Shown piece after piece: positions 57,801 to 64,000 of a stretch of DNA of 64,000 bases. The DNA is taken from NCBI GenBank assembly GCA_030141605.1, contig JAQGDQ010000272.1, forward strand, positions 247,297 to 311,296, read 5' to 3'. Both the position numbers and the translations under genes were made by a program. Below the pieces are notes generated by a model. That model saw only the letters and a list, made by a program, of their open reading frames with translations, ran no database searches and was not told the DNA's origin. The stretch comes from Tubiluchus corallicola (taxonomy: Eukaryota; Animalia; Priapulida). How positions within the stretch are numbered: the first letter of the stretch is position 1; every line of letters begins with the position of its first letter.

Positions 57801-60361
57801 GCCATTAACCCTTACAAGACGGTTGTAGCTTAATGTCACTCTACTACACAGACTGTGTGATACACATTACTAATATGCATTGTAATGAAATTACCACTAT
57901 CTGTCCTGAAAGTAGAAATATATGGTTTGTAATATAAATTTTTGTAACTTCTAAAATAGTTTCTTGAGTGTAGTAGCGCAGTAGTAATGATGTACGCAGG
58001 TTGGATGCAAAATAATCGTTATTAGGCCTTTCTGTACTTGGCTCCTTGATCAAACTCCCTGTGGCCCACAGGAATTGCGGAAAAGTTTAATTTGGCTCGG
58101 CTAGTCGGATAATTTGCACACCCCTGATGTATGTGTTAGTCAAAGTGTGTAACCTGATGATCTTAAGCATGTTTCTTATATTGTACAGGGTCATACTCAT
58201 GCTTGCAAGTTAACTTGGCACATTTTCAGCAGTTAATGTGGTATATCTCTTACTGAGTGAGACATATAGATCCTAGTACATGTATATTTCGTACCTCAGG
58301 GTGATTTGATTGTTAAAGTTCAGTGTGTCGCAATATTTCCAGGGATGAGAATTTTCCGCGGATACGCGGAATTCCGAGTTTTTGGAAGACCAGTAGTGCC
58401 ATTTTTGTAAATCGCGTAAATTCGTCGAGAAAATTTTTACGGACCCAGTACATTATTTCACAAGCTGACTGCTAGTTGGCAGGCCGTCACTTTGTTTACA
58501 TCACGTACATCAGTGTAACCACGTGTATATCTCTATGTATAAAAATATAGAATCAATTGTGTGGAGTTATTTGAGTCAATTGCAGCCAGGTTTTATATAC
58601 TTTTGCATAGGAGCGGCCAGTTCTTAGGCATTTTTAAGACAATTAGGTATCATGCATCCTTGATAGTTGGGTCACTTTGTTTACATCACGTGCATCAGTG
58701 TAACCACGTGTAGATCTCTATGTATAAAAATATAGAATCTGTTGTGCGGAGTTATTTGAGTCAATTGCAGACAGTTTTTATATACTTTTGCATAGGAGCG
58801 GCCAGTACTTAGGCATTTTTGAGACAATTAGGTATCATGCATCCTTGATAGTTGGGTATTTTAAATTATACATGAAACAAGGTAATTGATATTTTAAGTC
58901 CACTTAGAGGCTCTCTATGCTCACAAAATTGTAATTTGTTGCTAGCTGCAAGGGGGCTTTGTCTCCCATGAATCCCCATCGGGACCTATGCGGCCCCAAA
59001 ACACCGGCCTGTTTTAGAGTTTTTTGCAATTTGTCATTCTCATCCTTGTATTCTACTGCCCTTTTACTTTTGGAACACCCGGTATTTTGGCACAAATGTT
59101 CTTATGTTTTCTGTGTAGCACAAAGTTGCACGTTAACGTCACACGCGGTGAACTAACCTCTCTGCCATTTAAATTCTAGCATCTACGTCAAGTGGGCGTG
59201 GTAGGCAAATTTGTGGAGTTTTTCGGCCCCGGAGTGGCCCAGTTGTCCATCGCCGACCGTGCTACAATTTCCAACATGTGCCCAGAGTACGGCGCCACCG
59301 TCGGTTTTTTCCCTGTTGATGATGAGAGCATTGTTTATCTTAAGCAAACTGGTGAGCATTGTTTATCTTAAGCAAACAGGTGAGCATTGTTTATCTTAAG
59401 CATACAGGTGAGCATTGTTTATCTTAGGCAAATAGGTGAGCATTGTTTACCTTAAGCAAACAGGTGAGCATTGTTTATCTTAAGCAAACAGGTGAGCATT
59501 GTTTATCTTAGGCAAATAGGTGAGCATTGTTTACCTTAAGCAAACAGGTGAGCATTGTTTATCTTAAGCAAACAGGTGAGCATTGTTTATCTTAGGCAAA
59601 TAGGTGAGCATTGTTTATCTTAGGCAAATAGGTGAGCATTGTTTACCTTAAGCAAACAGGTGAGCATTGTTTATCTTAGGCAAACAGGTGAGCATTGTTT
59701 ATCTTAAGCAAACAGGTTAGCATTGTTGATCTTAAGCAAACAGGTGAGCATTGTTTATCTTAATCAAACAGGTGAGCATTGTTTATCTTAAGCAAACAGG
59801 TGAGCATTGTTTATCTTAATCAAACAGGTGAGCATCATTGGTGACTGCTTTCCTCTGGTATTTCTAAACTAATTCCTGTTTTTCATTATTAAGCTATTAC
59901 TATTGATTTTTCTTTACTCTAGGCTTAGTTATATTTGTTATAAAGAAATCTTGCAATTACAAATATTTACACTGGAGATTTTTCCTTTTGCTTTTTGTCA
60001 TTTTTGTTAATTCTCTTGTGTCTGCTTTGCTGAAACTTGAAAATATGTTAATTTATGCACCTCAAATTCAACGTGGATCATCTCAGCTTAGAAATAACAT
60101 AGAATGATGAACTTGGTATCAAAACGATCCTCATGAAATGGAGATTCAGCATATGTGAATAACTAGAAAAGCCTAATTGCTGACTTGTGGTCGATTTTGC
60201 TATGCAAGCACACATTTAATGATTTTATTGTCAAATTTTTGAACACACCATGTTGTTTAGGTCGTGATGGTGACAAGGTTCAGTACATTGAAGCTTACTT
60301 AAGAGCAAATAGAATGTTTCGCAATTTTTCTAATCCCAACGAAGACCCCATTTTTTCCGAG
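40030..60361 (+). CDS. ACO1: Iron regulatory protein / cytosolic aconitase, IRP1-type core, 5' portion (continues beyond window)
   Basis: Exons 40030-40057 (tentative), 43991-44086 (MNPFKEF), 46527-46695 ([15 protein letters not shown]...[11 protein letters not shown]), 48935-49072 ([15 protein letters not shown]...[11 protein letters not shown]), [52818-53168], 54426-54495 ([13 protein letters not shown]), 55070-55253 ([13 protein letters not shown]...[13 protein letters not shown]), 56957-57096, 59180-59351 ([14 protein letters not shown]), 60261-60361; all GT-AG and phase-compatible. Confidence 0.95.
40700..41225 (+). mobile_element. Interspersed repeat; further copies ~52040-52545 (+) and ~60060-60200 (-)
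   Basis: Shared ATCTCCATTTCATGAGGATC...GCTGAGATAATC...TGAAAAACATAATCTTGAGAAAATCACTGTTAAAGTC. Confidence 0.8.
41537..42219 (+). mobile_element. Kolobok-like non-autonomous element, family A
   Basis: TTAA|CGGACAAGAAAA ... TTTTCTTGTGCT|TTAA; TTAA on both sides; homologous to 7448-8130. Confidence 0.75.
42681..43253 (+). mobile_element. Kolobok-like non-autonomous element, family B; copies 44891-45460 and partial ~55910-56460
   Basis: TTAA|AG(G)AAA.CTGGACCCAAT ... TCCTGTCTTCCT|TTAA; three similar copies. Confidence 0.75.
44147..44595 (+). mobile_element. CAGGG-ended MITE, internally deleted copy
   Basis: Ends ATTCTCATCCCTG; body shared with 55306-55833 and 58340-59048. Confidence 0.75.
46020..46400. 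repeat. Purine-rich ~92-bp tandem repeat, ~4 copies
   Basis: GAGTGAATGAAA...GGTTAGGGTTAGTA..CATGATGGAATGG...GGAAGAAG unit; explains ORFs at 45858-46433. Confidence 0.85.
47009..47412. mobile_element. Tc1/mariner-like MITE
   Basis: TA|CACTCATATCTTGGTTTGCCGGACAAAA ... TTTTGTCCGGCAAACTGAGACGTGAGTG imperfect TIRs. Confidence 0.8.
47674..48773. mobile_element. Tigger/pogo-like MITE with an internal ~65-bp tandem array (48335-48765)
   Basis: TA|CAGTAAGTCCTCGCTTAACGAC ... GTCGTTAAGCGAGGACTTGCTG|TA. Confidence 0.9.
49925..50527. repeat. 21-bp minisatellite, ~28 copies
   Basis: Unit CTTGAATAGCATATTCGCTG(G/T); explains the MLFKPAN and LNSIFAG ORFs. Confidence 0.97.
50836..51840. mobile_element. Tigger/pogo-like MITE containing an 83-bp x3 array (51365-51612)
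   Basis: TA|CAGTCAAACCTCCTTATACCACC ... GGTGGTATCACGAGGTTTGACTG; 23-bp TIR with 2 mismatches. Confidence 0.85.
52818..53168 (+). CDS. Probable cassette exon of the IRP gene encoding an IRP2-like insert (117 codons)
   Basis: TTTTATAG acceptor and TG|GTCAGT donor; 351 nt, phase 2/2; GC-rich open frame [11 protein letters not shown]...[11 protein letters not shown] lying between [10 protein letters not shown] and [12 protein letters not shown]. Confidence 0.8.
53185..53395 (+). repeat. ~37-bp minisatellite with six TGCATG motifs just downstream of the cassette exon
   Basis: Unit GTGTAGTTGCATGTACTAGAGTAGAAAGC(A/G)TGTCATC. Confidence 0.9.
53739..54116. repeat. 94-bp tandem repeat, 4 copies
   Basis: GTCGGCCATCTTT.AAATGCTCCGTTTGTCGGTG...CAAAGTGTAAACTGTAAAACT. 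Confidence 0.95.
54505..54841. repeat. Compound (CT)n-(AT)n-(CTGT)n-(CTAT)n microsatellite
   Basis: Direct reading; starts right after the 54495 donor. Confidence 0.97.
55306..55833 (+). mobile_element. CAGGG-ended (hAT-like) MITE
   Basis: TIR CAGGGATGAGAAT / ATTCTCATCGCTG, flanked by AAGGTT on both sides. Confidence 0.85.
56473..56882. repeat. 34-bp minisatellite, ~12 copies
   Basis: Unit GTTTGAAGCCAGGTATGTGTGCAAATCCATACC(G/T). Confidence 0.97.
57637..58126. mobile_element. hAT (Charlie-like) MITE
   Basis: 16-bp TIR CAGGGGTGTGCAAATT / AATTTGCACACCCCTG; flanks ACGTAAGT / ATGTATGT (degenerate 8-bp TSD); subterminal GGCCC motifs. Confidence 0.85.
58340..59048 (+). mobile_element. CAGGG-ended MITE with an internal ~185-bp tandem duplication
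   Basis: CAGGGATGAGAAT ... ATTCTCATCCTTG; block GTCACTTTGTTTACATCACG...GATAGTTGGGT occurs twice. Confidence 0.85.
59326..59835 (+). repeat. 28-bp minisatellite spanning an IRP exon/intron boundary, ~18 copies
   Basis: Unit GAGCATTGTTTATCTTAAGCAAAC(T/A)GGT = last 26 nt of exon 59180-59351 plus the GT donor. Confidence 0.97.
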
Positions 60362-60721
60362 GTAAGTACTTTATATTTTAATTTTATTTTATTTTAATCT
60401 TATTTGTGGATAATCGTTTTCTATTAGCTTGGGGCCTCCGGTTGTCCGTCTCAAAATTGACCAAATTCCGTTTCAAAGAATCGTCAATTCCGTTTCAATT
60501 CTGCTTCACAGAAATTAGATGCTGTAACTAATATTTACCATCAAATTATGTGATAGATTGTAATTAAAAAATAAATTTTTATACGAATTAAGTATGTAGT
60601 CTGTCAGGTATTTGTATTTGGTTAAAATAAAATGAAGATTTGAATATATAAGATTGTATTCTAGATTATTATATGTAATCATATAATATATCGTATATCT
60701 AGTCATTTTTGTGTCATTAAA

Positions 60722-63700
60722 TTGTGATTGGTTGAATTAGATGCAAGTGTTGTCATAAAATGTGTGATTGGTTGAATTTGATGCAAATGTTGTCATAAAA
60801 TGTGTGATTGGTTGAATTTGATGCAAGTGTTGTCATAAAATGTGTGATTGGTTGAATTAGATGCAAATGTTGTCATAAAATGTGTGATTGGTTGAATTAG
60901 ATGCAAATGTTGTCATAAAATGTGTGATTGGTTGAATTAGATGCAAATGTTGTCATAAAATGTGTGATTGGTTGAATTTGATGCAAATGTTGTCATAAAA
61001 TGTGTGATTGGTTGAATTAGATGCAAATGTTGTCATAAAATGTGTGATTGGTTGAATTAGATGCAAGTGTTGTCATAAAATGTGTGATTGGTTGAATTAG
61101 ATGCAAGTGTTGTCATAAAATGTGTGATTGGTTAAATTAGATGCAAATGTTGTCATAACATGTGTGATTGGTTGAATTAGATGCAAATGTTGTCATAACA
61201 TGTGTGATTGGTTGAATTAGATGCAAATGTTGTCATAAAATGTGTGATTGGTTGAATTAGATGCAAATGTTTATAAATTATGCAATGTTGTCATAAAATG
61301 TGTGATTGGTTGAATTAGATGCAAGTGTTGTCATAAAATGTGTGATTGGTTAAATTAGATGCAAATGTTGTCATAACATGTGTGATTGGTTGAATTAGAT
61401 GCAAGTGTTGTCATAACATGTGTGATTGGTTGAATTAGATGCAAGTGTTGTCATAACATGTGTGATTGGTTGAATTTGATGCAAATGTTGTCATAACATG
61501 TGTGATTGGTTGAATTAGATGCAAGTGTTGTCATAACATGTGTGATTGGTTGAATCAGATGCAAATGTTGTCATAACATGTGTGATTGGTTGAATTAGAT
61601 GCAAGTGTTGTCATAACATGTGTGATTGGTTGAATTAGATGCAAGTGTTGTCATAACATGTGTGATTGGTTGAATCAGATGCAAATGTTGTCATAACATG
61701 TGTGATTGGTTGAATTAGATGCAAGTGTTGTCATAACATGTGTGATTGGTTGAATTAGATGCAAGTGTTGTCATAACATGTGTGATTGGTTGAATTTGAC
61801 GCAAATGTTGTCATAAAATGTGTGATTGGTTGAATTAGATGCAAGTGTTGTCATAACATGTGTGATTGGTTGAATTTGATGCAAATGTTGTCATAACATG
61901 TGTGATTGGTTGAATTAGATGCAAGTGTTGTCATAACATGTGTGATTGGTTGAATTAGATGCAAGTGTTGTCATAACATGTGTGATTGGTTGAATTAGAT
62001 GCAAATGTTGTCATAACATGTGTGATTGGTTGAATTAGATGCAAATGTTGTCATAACATGTGTGATTGGTTGAATTAGATGCTAGTGTTGTCATAAAATG
62101 TGTGATTGGTTGAATTAGATGCAAGTGTTGTCATAAAATGTGTGATTGGTTGAATTAGATGCAAATGTTGTCATAACATGTGTGATTGGTTGAATTAGAT
62201 GCAAGTGTTGTCATAACATGTGTGATTGGTTGAATTAGATGCAAGTGTTGTCATAAAATGTGTGATTGGTTGAATTAGATGCAAATGTTGTCATAAAATG
62301 TGTGATTGGTTGAATTAGATGCAAATGTTGTCATAAAATGTGTGATTGGTTGAATTAGATGCAAATGTTTTCATAAAATGTGTGATTGGTTGAATTAGAT
62401 GCAAGTGTTGTCATAACATGTGTGATTGGTTGAATTAGATGCAAATGTTTTCATAAAATGTGTGATTGGTTGAATTAGATGCAAGTGTTGTCATAAAATG
62501 TGTGATTGGTTGAATTAGATGCAAATGTTGTCATAAAATGTGTGATTGGTTGAATTAGATGCAAGTGTTGTCATAAAATGTGTGATTGGTTAAATTAGAT
62601 GCAAATGTTGTCATAAAATGTGTGATTGGTTGAATTAGATGCAAATGTTGTCATAACATGTGTGATTGGTTGAATTAGATGCAAGTGTTGTCATAAAATG
62701 TGTGATTGGTTGAATTAAATGCAAATGTTTTCATAAAATGTGTGATTGGTTGAATTAGATGCAAGTGTTGTCATAACATGTGTGATTGGTTGAATTAGAT
62801 GCAAGTGTTGTCATAAAATGTGTGATTGGTTGAATTAGATGCAAGTGTTGTCATAAAATGTGTGATTGGTTAAATTAGATGCAAATGTTGTCATAAAATG
62901 TGTGATTGGTTGAATTAGATGCAAGTGTTGTCATAACATGTGTGATTGGTTGAATTAGATGCAAGTGTTGTCATAACATGTGTGATTGGTTGAATTAGAT
63001 GCAAATGTTTTCATAAAATGTGTGATTGGTTGAATTAGATGCAAGTGTTGTCATAAAATGTGTGATTGGTTGAATTAGATGCAAGTGTTGTCATAAAATG
63101 TGTGATTGGTTGAATTAGATGCAAATGTTGTCATAACATGTGTGATTGGTTGAATTAGATGCAAGTGTTGTCATAACATGTGTGATTGGTTGAATTAGAT
63201 GCAAGTGTTGTCATAAACTGTGTGATTGGTTGAATTAGATGCAAATGTTGTCATAACATGTGTGATTGGTTGAATCAGATGTAAGTGTTGTCATAACATG
63301 TGTGATTGGTTGAATTAGATGCAAGTGTTGTCATAAAATGTGTGATTGGTTGAATTAGATGCAAGTGTTGTCATAAAATGTGTGATTGGTTAAATTAGAT
63401 GCAAATGTTGTCATAAAATGTGTGATTGGTCGAATTAGATGCAAATGTTGTCATAAAATGTGTGATTGGTCGAATTAAGTGCAAGTGTTGTCATAACATG
63501 TGTGATTGGTTGAATTAGATGCAAGTGTTGTCATAAAATGTGTGATTGGTTGAATTAGATGCAAATGTTGTCATAAAATGTGTGATTGGTTGAATTAGAT
63601 GCAAGTGTTGTCATAACATGTGTGATTGGTTGAATTAGATGCAAGTGTTGTCATAACATGTGTGATTGGTCGAATTAGATGCAAGTGTTGTCATAACATG

Positions 63701-64000
63701 TGTGATTGGTTGAATTAGATGCAAGTGTTGTCATAAAATGTGTGATTGGTTGAATTAGATGCTAGTGTTGTCATAACATGTGTGATTGGTTGAATTAGAT
63801 GCAAGTGTTGTCATTAACTGTGTGATTGGTTGAATTAGATGCTAGTGTTGTCATAACGTGTGTGATTGGTTGAATTAGATGCAAGTGTTGTCATAACATG
63901 TGTGATTGGTTGAATTAGATGCAAGTGTTGTCATAAAATGTGTGATTGGTTGAATTAGATGCTAGTGTTGTCATAACATGTGTGATTGGTTGAATTAGAT
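60722..64000. repeat. 40-bp satellite, ~80 copies, runs off the window
   Basis: Unit TGTGTGATTGGTTGAATTAGATGCAA(A/G)TGTTGTCATAA(A/C)A. Confidence 0.99.

Overview
AT-rich, intron- and repeat-rich animal DNA, probably a protostome invertebrate (the APP tail looks arthropod-like). It is not prokaryotic, and most of the ORF track is repeat or antisense noise. Left to right: (1) an unrecognised 4-exon + strand gene (~189 aa, 6626-9741); (2) the 3' part of an amyloid precursor protein (APP/APPL) gene in a ~16 kb inverted duplication with a triplicated core (10793-27087), microhomology at two junctions and no 5' APP exons in the window; (3) two tandem 2-exon Golgi CHST-family sulfotransferase paralogues; (4) the 5' part of an IRP1-type iron regulatory protein/cytosolic aconitase gene (~40030 to beyond 60361), its introns full of MITEs and minisatellites, followed by a 40-bp satellite running to the window end. 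The most notable signal is a frame-symmetric 351-nt exon (52818-53168) in the IRP1-type gene. It sits where vertebrate IRP2 has its specific insert, carries PNPGGG and CPFH motifs, and is followed by a tandem array of Rbfox-type TGCATG motifs. One gene may therefore make IRP1-like and IRP2-like proteins by regulated splicing. All gene models and family calls were made by eye; no search was run.
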